In this document: piece after piece, positions 38,401 to 46,619 of the stretch
Position numbering within the stretch: the stretch's first letter is position 1
Layout: each line of letters starts with the position of its first letter
From: an uncultured cyanobacterium
GTDB lineage: Bacteria; Cyanobacteriota; Cyanobacteriia; Phormidesmidales; Phormidesmidaceae
DNA length: 64,000 nucleotides
Assembly: GCA_963793265.1 (NCBI GenBank)
Contig: CAWBZI010000002.1
Location: 1-64,000, forward strand
Direction: 5' to 3'
Notes under the pieces: model-generated
Told to the model about the DNA's origin: nothing
The model's input: the letters and a program-made list of their open reading frames with translations, nothing else
The model's database searches: none
Made by a program: the position numbers and the translations under genes

Positions 38401-39469
38401 TCCAATGCTTGAAGGCACCGTCTTTGGCGATCCGGCTGGCTCGCTACGCATCTACAAATTCGACGTAGCCAGCAGCGCCTTTGAAGGGATTGTCGGCCTC
38501 TATCAAGCGGACGATCCGAGTCATGCCATTGGAGACTTCACGCCTATTAACGATACCGAGTTCCTCGTTATTGAGCGCGACGGCAGACAAGGTGCAGAAG
38601 CTGAGTTCAAGAAGATCTTTAAGGTAGATCTTTCTGAAGTTGATGCAGACGGCTTTGTGGAGAAAACGGAAGTTGTAGACTTGCTCGATATCGCAGATCC
38701 AAACGATCTTAATAACGACGGTGAGACAACTTTTGACTTCCCTTTTGTAACGATTGAGGATGTTCTTGTCCTAGATAAGGACACCATCCTGGTTGCGAAT
38801 GACAACAACTACCCGTTCTCAATTGGTCGCGACTTTAGCGGCACAGAAATTGATAACAACGAGATTATTCAAATCGAGCTAGCCGAACCGCTTAATCTCG
38901 ATTCTCGCCTGGGTGCAGCAGGTCTTAGCACGACTGATTTTCTGATTGAACCGCCTGGTAACAGCAGTCTCTTTTTGGGAACTAGCGAAGCTGATTTTAT
39001 CATCGGCGCAGAGGGGGACAGTCAGCTCTTTGGCCTAGCGGGTGACGATACGCTAAAAGGCGATCTGGATTCGGAGAGCGGCAACGATCGTCTCTTCGGA
39101 GGTGAAGGCGAAGATCTGTTACTGGGCGGCAGCGGCGATGATGTCTTGTTCGGTGGTGCAGATGACGATGTTCTACTGGGCGATCGCGGCAACGATTTTC
39201 TGCATGGCGGCGCAGGTAGCGATATCTATACAGGTGGCGAAGGCGCAGATATCTTTGCCCTGATGATAGGCGATGGCGTCAGCGTCATTAACGACTTTGA
39301 AGCAGGCATCGATCGAATCGGGCTACAAGATGGCTTAAGATTCGGTCAGCTTTATCGCGTTCAGGATGGTGCGAACACCGCAATCGGAACGTTCGAAGGC
39401 GAACTACTAGCCGTTGCGGTGAATGCAGATGCGAGCCAGTTTGGAGCGTATGCCTTCGTTTCAGTTTAA
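35423..39469 (+). CDS. Phytase-like esterase containing two glycerophosphodiester phosphodiesterase (GDPD) domains, RTX C-terminus
   Basis: QPVQGFS, SDNGFG, EEFGPY, SRGYEG and NDNNYPF (phytase-like). Two copies of (A/G)HRGASG..PEHTLEAY, EPDLV, YPETKHP, IQSFE, VHPYT and DGFFTDF (GDPD). Confidence 0.9.
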   Translation: MNENTLVGFASLPADTFAEGPPSGTDNGRIDAVERIQPISANGRTGPFEGQPVQGFSAVQFAPGDDPSVFWFLSDNGFGGEANSTDYLLRLYQVDPNFVGTEDGDASVEVQGFVQLSDPSNLIPFDIINEGSAERNLTGGDFDIESFVIAENGDIWVGEEFGPYLLHFDSTGTLLEAPIATPNPVNLNTLNGQDPLVIAHRGASGDFPEHTLEAYRAAIAAGADFIEPDLVTTSDGVLIARHEPMLDDTTNVAEVFGPERMSTKLLDGEEVTAYFAEDFTLEEIKQLRAVQSRDFRDPNFDGLFEIPTFQEVIELVQEVEAQTGVQVGIYPETKHPTFFDQQGLSLEDPLIETLQATGFTDPNRIFIQSFEFQNLIELQVQLDAEGLGDLPLVQLYGNTTDSAAPTSGFSVPYDIRFNVQQGNDLAAIYGQDFLDAAETALNEDTIYSDLDSAELLQVISAKYAEGAGPWKNNFVLREPLETPVDGNGDGEAEITTQLTGEIGPFVEDAHAAGLQVHPYTLRDEERFLTLNADGTPQTPEQEFQQLVEIGVDGFFTDFARTGDPVVDKLTSDNVRSPNNPDFDFNTLNGQTPLVIGHRGASGDFPEHTLEAYRLAIYQGADFVEPDLVSTSDGILIARHEPMLDDTTNIAEVFGPERMSTKLLDGEEVTAYFAEDFTLAEIKQLRAVQSRPYRNQEYNGEFEIPTFQEVIELVQEVSTEVGRDVGIYPETKHPTFFDKQGLSLEEPLVQTLVETGFTDPNRIFIQSFEISNLLDLRNNLLPEADLDSLKLVQLFGDTEGSFINEGGGGFSVPYDVVVNASLSDTEKAAIYGNLLPFLDFENPGYSNLANAEAIVEISSYADGLGPWKNNILLREPIETPVDGNGDGEAEITTRLTGEVFPLIDFAHNAGLQVHPYTLRDEERFLTLNADGTPQTTGEEFRQLIELGADGFFTDFPETGRIVVEQFETAEEFANLRGSRGYEGMAFSPDRQTLYPMLEGTVFGDPAGSLRIYKFDVASSAFEGIVGLYQADDPSHAIGDFTPINDTEFLVIERDGRQGAEAEFKKIFKVDLSEVDADGFVEKTEVVDLLDIADPNDLNNDGETTFDFPFVTIEDVLVLDKDTILVANDNNYPFSIGRDFSGTEIDNNEIIQIELAEPLNLDSRLGAAGLSTTDFLIEPPGNSSLFLGTSEADFIIGAEGDSQLFGLAGDDTLKGDLDSESGNDRLFGGEGEDLLLGGSGDDVLFGGADDDVLLGDRGNDFLHGGAGSDIYTGGEGADIFALMIGDGVSVINDFEAGIDRIGLQDGLRFGQLYRVQDGANTAIGTFEGELLAVAVNADASQFGAYAFVSV

Positions 39470-39514
39470 ACAAGTAAATCGAGCATGGCTGGTTCAAACA
39501 ATAGTTACACTTCC

Positions 39515-39880
39515 CCAGACTATTGCGCAACAGTGAGGTAGGCAAAGTCGTCTGACAGGGTTCTCGTATACCGGCATCTGGTGCATACTAGACGATTAGT
39601 TCAAGACTGGCCAGCAGCTCACAAGCAGGAGATAGAAGTGTTCTACCTACCGGCTTACTCGCTCGAATTGAATCCAGCCAAGTACCTCTATCAGCGGGTT
39701 GATAGCCTCACCTGGAAGGAGATGGAAGAATAGACTGGCAAACTTGTTAAACTCAGAGGCTTTCCTTCTGGCCACAAGGTGAAACTGTTTCGGGTCGTGG
39801 CGTCTACCTGCCGCACGGACTATATCATCACCAATGACAAGACTCAGGCGTCAACTGGGGCAACCGCAGAAGCTTGTAGC
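39515..39880 (+). mobile_element. Adjacent IS630 and IS701 fragments
   Basis: Hand translation gives ...EIEVFYLPAYSLELNP (IS630), then YQRVDSLTW...GKLVKLRGFP..HKVKLFRVV....RTDYIITND (IS701-like), with stops. Confidence 0.7.
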
Positions 39881-39998
39881 CCTTTATGCGATCGCTTTAT
39901 GCGGTTTGAGGTAACGTGACCTTCTCTCTGAGATGCTGCTTCATAGCGTGTGCCGCAGCGGATGAAATCGCGTCCCAATCATCTGCTGAGAGTACGGT

Positions 39999-40378
39999 CT
40001 AAATGGCTTGTCTCAGGCTAGATTGTGCAGCGGGTGATAGCGGTACGTCCTGACCACTGGAGAGATCATCGTCCAGAACCCACATAAGCTGTTGTTGAAT
40101 TTCAACAGTAGGCTGTTGCAACCTTTCATCTAGTAATGGCTTGCCGATAGCATACGCAGCGGGCAACCCTGCCCCTAAATTGCAGTCCATTAGCATCTCG
40201 TGGAGTCCTTGAAACACGATTTTCTCTTCAATCGCTGGTGTTGAGAGAAACCGGTTGGGTCTGTCAGCATCCGTCCTAAACCACTCCCTAGATCAGGGCC
40301 AGCGCTGATATCACAACCGGCTTCTTCTTCTAACTTTGCCGCCGCTTTCACCCACTCTGGGTCGTTGAGCTGAGTCAT
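39999..40378 (-). pseudogene. Frameshifted hypothetical protein
   Basis: Overlapping ORFs 40190-40378 and 39999-40217 read as one broken gene. Confidence 0.4.
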
Positions 40379-40390
40379 GCTGCCGGTTCC

Positions 40391-40644
40391 ATGAGCAAAC
40401 CCCGTCGTCAGTTCCTGCTGACGCTGTTGGCGACTATCTACGTCGCTTGCGGGAAGGTAAACTTCACAAACCTGAGCCGCTATAGCCCTTTGTCAGAGCG
40501 CACCTATCGCCGTCACTTTGCGAAGCCGTACGGGTTCATTAGCCTGAATGCTGAATTGATTGAGGCAGCCGTGGCTAGCGAGCATTTTTAAGTGGCGGTG
40601 ATAGATGCCTCGTTTGTGCCGAAAAGTGGAAAAGCGACCTACGG
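40391..40644 (+). mobile_element. IS4/IS701-like transposase 5' fragment
   Basis: SKPRRQFL..L..TI....GKVNFTNLSRYS.LSERTYRRHF...*VAVIDASFVPKSGKATYG. Cut by the IS630 copy. Confidence 0.7.
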
Positions 40645-41390
40645 GAGTCACGAAATTGTTCGGCAGACGCTGAAAAAAACGGTATGACGAATCGCAAGAT
40701 TGAGTACTGGGTGATCCCCCCTGACTCAGATGCTGAGTTTGTTGCTCAGATGGAAGAAGTGTTAGATACCTACGAGCGGCCATACAACCCGGCGTGCCCA
40801 GTTATCTGTATGGATGAGCAGCCCGTGCAACTGCACAAAGAGACGCGGGTGCCGATTGCAGCCACTGACAAGCATCCCAAGCGCGTGGACTATGAATACG
40901 AAAGAGCCGGTACGGCCAGCATCTTTATGTTCACCGAACCGCTGGCTGGTTGGCGAGAGGCCACCGTGCGTGAACGGCGGACTAAAACCGATTGGGCTAA
41001 TGAAGTGGCTCGCTTGATGGAAGGGCGCTATGCCGAGTGCGAGCAGGTTATCGTGACGTGCGACAATCTCAACACCCATACCAAAGGAGCCTTCTACGAA
41101 GCTTTTGAGCCCGAAAGAGCCCGTCAGCTAGTGCGTCGCATTCAGTTTTGTTATACCCCGAAGCATGGCAGCTGGCTGAATGTTGCCGAGAACGAACTGA
41201 GCGCGATGACTCGGCAGTGTGCCAGCGGCAGGCGTTTTGGCGATATTGAAACGCTGCGTGACGAAATTTCTGCTTGGTCAATTGACATCAACAACACTCA
41301 GAGAGGCGTCGATTGGCAGATGAAAGTTGAGGATGCGAGAAGCAAACTCATTTCCGTTTATCCTAAAATTAAGTGCTGACGCTGCACTAG
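40645..41390 (+). mobile_element. IS630-family element, 5'-truncated (orfB plus right end)
   Basis: orfB 40684-41379 with CMDEQP, CDNLNTH and TPKHGSWLNVAE. Right end ...TGACGCTGCACTAG. Confidence 0.9.
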
Positions 41391-41417
41391 ACCGTTTTTA
41401 CATAGGTAACCAATCAG

Positions 41418-42284
41418 CTAAGCAGGAAATGCTTTTGCTAACTCATTTCCAGGAATGATTGTCGAGGTAAAGACGAACTTTTTATCTCGCAGATAGCGCT
41501 GGTCTTGCTTGATAAGAGACATAAACTGCTTGTGTTCGCGGCTCGATCTGCCAATTAAGCAGCCCGCAGAAGCCTTGCCAACATGGTTTATCGGATTATC
41601 GTAACCGTTGTGTTGGTTAATGCCAAAATAACCGGCGTGCAGCTTGTCTCCGGTGCGGATGCCGTTGCGGTCAAAGTCACGATGTACCGTGACTTCACCG
41701 CCTGTTTGCACCAAGGCTTCATGGCTGCTGCTGTCCCGACCATAAATGCCCACCTGCCAAGCGGCATATTGACCAAATTGGATTCGCGCTGCGCCTCTTG
41801 GGTTCATCGGATTGATGACATAATGCCGACCGGGTTCTGTGCTGCCAAGCCAAGGGCCACCAGCAATTTGGGGTTTCCCTTCAACCACCTCAATCACTAA
41901 GCGGATGTCATTGAAGACATTATCTGTATCAGGGTTGAGGCTACCGTCTATATTCATGCCTTCTACGTACACGATGTTATATTGCCGGTGCCCCTCAAAA
42001 ATTTTGTAACCTTTGCTATCCATGTAGTTGAGGATTCGGCTGGCGAGATCTTTTTGGGGGTATGGCGCGGTAGGTACAGTTGAGACTTTACGGATAGGTT
42101 CAACAGCGGTGGGGGTGTGGGCGATCGCAACCACCATCGGCATGTTGTGTCCTTTCCCTTGGAACCAGTCAAACGGAATATCTAAAGCCTGTTCGCCGTT
42201 ATAATCTCGTAGCTCAACCTTTTTTAGGTATTCTCCACCTTCCATTAAGTAGAGGTTTTTTTCAGTCAGTTTTAACCAAGGCAT
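41418..42284 (-). CDS. Putative peptidoglycan-active enzyme (L,D-transpeptidase-like His/Cys motif)
   Basis: NIVYVEG, TEPG, GINQHNGYD...KASAGCLIGR (H-x-SxGC). GGAG RBS. Confidence 0.55.
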   Translation of the reverse strand: MPWLKLTEKNLYLMEGGEYLKKVELRDYNGEQALDIPFDWFQGKGHNMPMVVAIAHTPTAVEPIRKVSTVPTAPYPQKDLASRILNYMDSKGYKIFEGHRQYNIVYVEGMNIDGSLNPDTDNVFNDIRLVIEVVEGKPQIAGGPWLGSTEPGRHYVINPMNPRGAARIQFGQYAAWQVGIYGRDSSSHEALVQTGGEVTVHRDFDRNGIRTGDKLHAGYFGINQHNGYDNPINHVGKASAGCLIGRSSREHKQFMSLIKQDQRYLRDKKFVFTSTIIPGNELAKAFPA

Positions 42285-42550
42285 AGTAATTATCTCCTGT
42301 TGTTTTCTCGCAGAACATCAAAGCGTGGCAATGGCAATCACCGTTTTTCTTTTGCTCTATTGCTTCTGTCGAGTGAGTTAGGACATTAGCGGCCGCTAGA
42401 AGCCTCTAGTAACAACAGCTCACTCGACTAGAAAAGTAAGAATGCATCCTTACTTTTCTATATGTGTCTATTACAAAGGTTGCAAGGCTACGTTCAGGGG
42501 TAAGGAATGGCTAATTTCGAGCTAACCTATAGCGCTTTTCTGAAAACATT

Positions 42551-42578
42551 AAAAAGCCCTCAGCGGTTGCTGAGGGCT
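42551..42578 (-). terminator. Rho-independent terminator of the 42616-46041 gene
   Basis: Perfect stem AGCCCTCAGC/GCTGAGGGCT, with a T-run on the minus strand. Confidence 0.8.
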
Positions 42579-42615
42579 GGAGATATCGAAACCCAGTTCT
42601 GGACGTGGCCAAGGT

Positions 42616-45600
42616 TTAGAGGCAAGGTGCCTGACCTGCTGTTCCTTCTATAAAGGCGTCATTGTCCTCAATGTCAGCGGGGCTAAAGGTGCCAACATTC
42701 CGCCTAGTAACGTTAGCAAGGTCAATTACCTGGAACTGACCGGCTCCATTGCTGAGCAGATTAAAGCCATCGCCACCAGGTGTCGTCACTGTGTTGTTAT
42801 CGAGAGCCAAGCAAATATTGGCATCCTCTGTGTGCTCAATGCTAACACCGTTACCGCCAGGATTCGTAATTGTGTTATCGGTTACCGTGACAGTCGCGTT
42901 GGCATCGTCTTCAATCAGGTCAAACTTGATGCCGTCAGCGCCTACATCTGTGATGGTATTGCCGCTGACGGTAATGCTAGAAGTGGTTGTGTTTTCAATG
43001 TCACCAAAGGCAATACCCTCTTTTTCTGCATTGGAAATTCGATTGTTGAGTATGCGAATAGTGGCATCGGCATTGTTTTCGATGTTGTCGAACTCAATCC
43101 CTTCTTCGCCAGCACCGAGAATAGTATTCTCTTCAATGAGAATATTGGATACGGTATTGTTTTCTAGATCGTTAACAAAGATACCGCCTCTTTTCTCGGA
43201 AGTCAGCGTATTGCCTGCAATAGTGATGGTCGCGTCGGCACGGTTCTCAATATTACCGAGGTCAACGTTTGTTTCGCCACTGGTAATTTGATTATTGGTG
43301 ATTGAAATCGTTGAAATCGTATCATTCTCAATATCGAAGAAATCAATGCCTTCAAAGATGACATCATTAATCTGGTTGTTGCTGATGGTGATTGTTGCAT
43401 CGGCATTATTTTTGATGTCCCTAAATTCTACGCCGTTCTGCCCGCCGTTAATCACATTATCTGTCACGGTAATGGTGGCGATCGCGCTTCCCTGAATATC
43501 CTCAAAGAAAATATTATCGCCTTGTACGTTGCTGAGCTGGTTGCCTGTCACTACAATATCAGCCGTAGAAGCATCCTCAATGAAACCAAACGCAATACCA
43601 TCACCGCCTGTATCGGCAATGGTATTGCTATCTACTGTGATAGCTGCCGTTGCTGTATCTTGAATGTCACCAAAGAGAATGCTTGAGTCGCTCGCATTTG
43701 AGATTTGGTTGTTATTCACGGTAATAGTGGCAGCGGCATTGTCTTCGATGCCTTCAAATTCGATGCCGGAAAAGTTGACATCGGTAATTTGGTTGCCATT
43801 CACGGTAATAGTGGCAGTGGCATCATTTTGAATGTCCTCAAAGAAAATGCCTCCTTCACCCGTATTGAGAAGGGTGTTGTTTTCGATGGTAATGTTGGAA
43901 ACCGTGTCGTTTTCAATACTACTCAAGAAAATGCCTGAGTTGCCTACATTCGAGATTTGGTTGTTACTCACGGTAATGGTGGCGTTGGCATTGTCTTCAA
44001 TACGGTCAAATTCGATACCCTCATCGGCGTTCCCATTCTCTGCATTGATGATGTTTTCTTCAACCGCAATCGTGGCGACAGCGTTTCCTTGAATTTCATC
44101 AAAGAAAATGCCAGCAACCTGAGTATCTGTGATTTGATTATTTGCAACGGTGATGTTGGCGATCGCATTCCCTTCAATGAAGTCAAACGCAATGCCATTA
44201 TTATCAATTGTCTCTAGCGTATTGTCAGCGATTGTTACTGTCGTGTTATCTTCGTCTGCAATGTCACCAAAGGAAATGCCCTCTTCATTCGTATTTGAGA
44301 TTTGATTGCGAACGATAGATATCGTGCCATCAATGTCAGGTAGGTTAATGCCCGTATCAACGTTGGCGATCGCATTATCTTCAAGGGTAACATTCTCACC
44401 ACGAGCCTCAATGCCATTGACGACTAGAGGTTCCAAGGCCGCTGCTAAACCGAAATCAACTTCTGCACCATTCTCAAAACCGTTCTCAAACTTAGTTGGG
44501 TCAATCTCTAGGCCGGAAACCAATGTGTTGTTGCCGATAGTGACTTGACCAGTCACTATCGGCAAATTGCCGCTACCCGAACCTGGCAAAATCACTTCTC
44601 CAAACTGAGTATTCAGCGCTTGAACTGGCCCCACCGAGCGCACCTGCACGCCATCTGGCAGCGTAAAGCCACCGCCTGCATTCCCTTCCTGCACAAAGAT
44701 AATATTGTCAGCATTGGCATCGGTAACATTCGCAGCCTGAGCAATGGTGCTTAGCGGATCTTCAAACGTACCTTCTCTGCGAAGCGCTGCTTCCAGCTCA
44801 CCGTTCGCAACACCATTGGCAATAACAATGGCGCCGACTGAAGGATCGACATGACGAAAGACAAACTCATTGCCTGTCTCTGGATTGATAGCTGCCACGT
44901 CTTCTTGAACAATCTCAACGTCTGTTCCATGCTCCACAAGAACAGTATTGGTACGGTTAATAGGTTCTGCGGCTCTTGCCCAGAGCTGCGATGGCAAGTT
45001 CTCATCGACTGTTGTATTTTCTTCTGCATCATACGAGCGCCGTGATCGCGACCCCAACAGCGCATTCACAGAAAAAGTCATGTTGGTGTCAAATATTCCA
45101 TCATTTTGTACGCCCACGCCAAAGCGTAAGCTGTTGGTAGGGCGATAGTCCAGCGAAGCCCGGAAGCCTAAGCTATCTTCAGAAGCTTCTCCGCCCAAGT
45201 AATACACGCCGCCTCGGCCCCACAGGCTGCTGTCGCCGCCAAAGTCCAGCAGCTCCAGTCCGCCATCGAGAGAAACAGTAGTTAGCGCGGCCTCTACTTG
45301 GTTAATTTGTTGCTCATCTATCAGCAGTTGATTGCCCGTAAACTTAGGGTTTACAGCCTGAATGTCAGAGGAAATTACCTGACGGGCATTGCCCAAAGGA
45401 AGGTTGGCGTTGAGGATTAAGTCCCAATTTTCGCCTAATAGCTCTGCGCCTGCATTGGCTTGGGTAAAGGTGCTGGTATCTGTGCCGCGAGCATCTATTC
45501 CGGCAAAAGCACCCCATATCGTACTGTCGTTTAAGAGCGCCCGATAGCCAGCTTGCAGTCCACCGCCAAAGTTGCCGTCATTATCTATACTCACGCGGCC

Positions 45601-46041
45601 ATCGAGAAAGGTGACATTTTGCCCTGGCGTTTGAAGTAGCGGCAGAAAACCGCCAATGCTTGTAAAGCCTGTAAAGCCTGAGCCTTCGGTATGGCTGAGG
45701 TTAAAGAAGGGCTGCAGACGGAGCGTAGGTATTTCTGGAACAGTTGGACTCGTTTCTGGTAGTTGAGCAATCTGGGATTGAGTCGTTTGGGATTGAGCGG
45801 CTGTTTTTTTAGCCGTCTGCTTTTGAGTTGCTTGAGTTAAAACAGTGTGATTTTGAACAGTCTGATGTTGGGTAATTTCATCGAGAGAAACCGATGTAGC
45901 GATCGCCTCGGCCGAAATAGCTAATATACTCGCTAAAGATAGGCAATAGCTCAAACCCGATCCCAGTCGTTTTAGAATTCGGGATTTTAGAATTTGGGAC
46001 TGAGTACGACGAGAATTAGTTTTCATGTGAATAATATCCAA
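42616..46041 (-). CDS. Large outer-membrane/adhesin-like protein: inverse-autotransporter-type beta domain plus right-handed beta-helix repeats
   Basis: Signal peptide, beta-barrel segment (FLDGR...G.QAGYR...WG.F.G.D.R), GTFEDPLSTI, and many ~29-aa repeats (GI.F..IE.NA.ATIT...N.I). Confidence 0.75.
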   Translation of the reverse strand: MDIIHMKTNSRRTQSQILKSRILKRLGSGLSYCLSLASILAISAEAIATSVSLDEITQHQTVQNHTVLTQATQKQTAKKTAAQSQTTQSQIAQLPETSPTVPEIPTLRLQPFFNLSHTEGSGFTGFTSIGGFLPLLQTPGQNVTFLDGRVSIDNDGNFGGGLQAGYRALLNDSTIWGAFAGIDARGTDTSTFTQANAGAELLGENWDLILNANLPLGNARQVISSDIQAVNPKFTGNQLLIDEQQINQVEAALTTVSLDGGLELLDFGGDSSLWGRGGVYYLGGEASEDSLGFRASLDYRPTNSLRFGVGVQNDGIFDTNMTFSVNALLGSRSRRSYDAEENTTVDENLPSQLWARAAEPINRTNTVLVEHGTDVEIVQEDVAAINPETGNEFVFRHVDPSVGAIVIANGVANGELEAALRREGTFEDPLSTIAQAANVTDANADNIIFVQEGNAGGGFTLPDGVQVRSVGPVQALNTQFGEVILPGSGSGNLPIVTGQVTIGNNTLVSGLEIDPTKFENGFENGAEVDFGLAAALEPLVVNGIEARGENVTLEDNAIANVDTGINLPDIDGTISIVRNQISNTNEEGISFGDIADEDNTTVTIADNTLETIDNNGIAFDFIEGNAIANITVANNQITDTQVAGIFFDEIQGNAVATIAVEENIINAENGNADEGIEFDRIEDNANATITVSNNQISNVGNSGIFLSSIENDTVSNITIENNTLLNTGEGGIFFEDIQNDATATITVNGNQITDVNFSGIEFEGIEDNAAATITVNNNQISNASDSSILFGDIQDTATAAITVDSNTIADTGGDGIAFGFIEDASTADIVVTGNQLSNVQGDNIFFEDIQGSAIATITVTDNVINGGQNGVEFRDIKNNADATITISNNQINDVIFEGIDFFDIENDTISTISITNNQITSGETNVDLGNIENRADATITIAGNTLTSEKRGGIFVNDLENNTVSNILIEENTILGAGEEGIEFDNIENNADATIRILNNRISNAEKEGIAFGDIENTTTSSITVSGNTITDVGADGIKFDLIEDDANATVTVTDNTITNPGGNGVSIEHTEDANICLALDNNTVTTPGGDGFNLLSNGAGQFQVIDLANVTRRNVGTFSPADIEDNDAFIEGTAGQAPCL

Positions 46042-46265
46042 CAGTAATTAACAACAAGGAACGTCTGTGTGTCCTCTATGTCTCCATTAGACGCGGCGCA
46101 AAGCTACGTTCAAGGCTAAAGAAAAGCTGACTTATAGCTAACTTATGGCTGAATAGAAGAACAGAAACCATCAGCGCAAAGAGAAACTGCCTAGTCAACA
46201 CTTGTGCAAGCGCTGACATGGTTTTCTAAAATAAGCTACAGAATAAGCTGAACGGAGGTTGCGCT

Positions 46266-46421
46266 ATGAGAATGCAGTACGTCGCTTTGAAAAACAAGCC
46301 CCGTAGGCTGCGTAGCCTAACTGGCTTAAATACAAATGAGTTTGAAACGCTGTTAACCAGCTTCGGTGCCGCCTGGGACAACTTTGTGACAGAAACGTTC
46401 GAGCACGCCAGGAAAATATAG
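46266..46421 (+). mobile_element. IS5-family (HTH_Tnp_4-like) 5' fragment
   Basis: Hand translation gives MRMQYVALKNKPRRLRSLTGLNTNEFETLLTSF. Confidence 0.5.
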
Positions 46422-46619
46422 GAAAGACTAACGCAACGCGAATCTCAAGAACAGACAAAAGCATCTAAAGTTTGTGTAATACAGTAGTGGGCAGCGATTG
46501 CATAATAGAGTCATCTGCAAGAGATGGCAATTAGGAGGAATTAGGAGGAATTATGACAACTTCAGAAACAGCTACTATTTTCATGCAGCCTTGGACGGCT
46601 CGCTATGCAAAGCTCGTCA

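Noticed and set aside
23145..45148. Many 60-180 aa ORFs overlapping or antisense to the large hydrolase and beta-helix genes
   Set aside because: These are shadow ORFs produced by the codon bias of repetitive Asp/Gly-rich genes, with no motifs or RBS.
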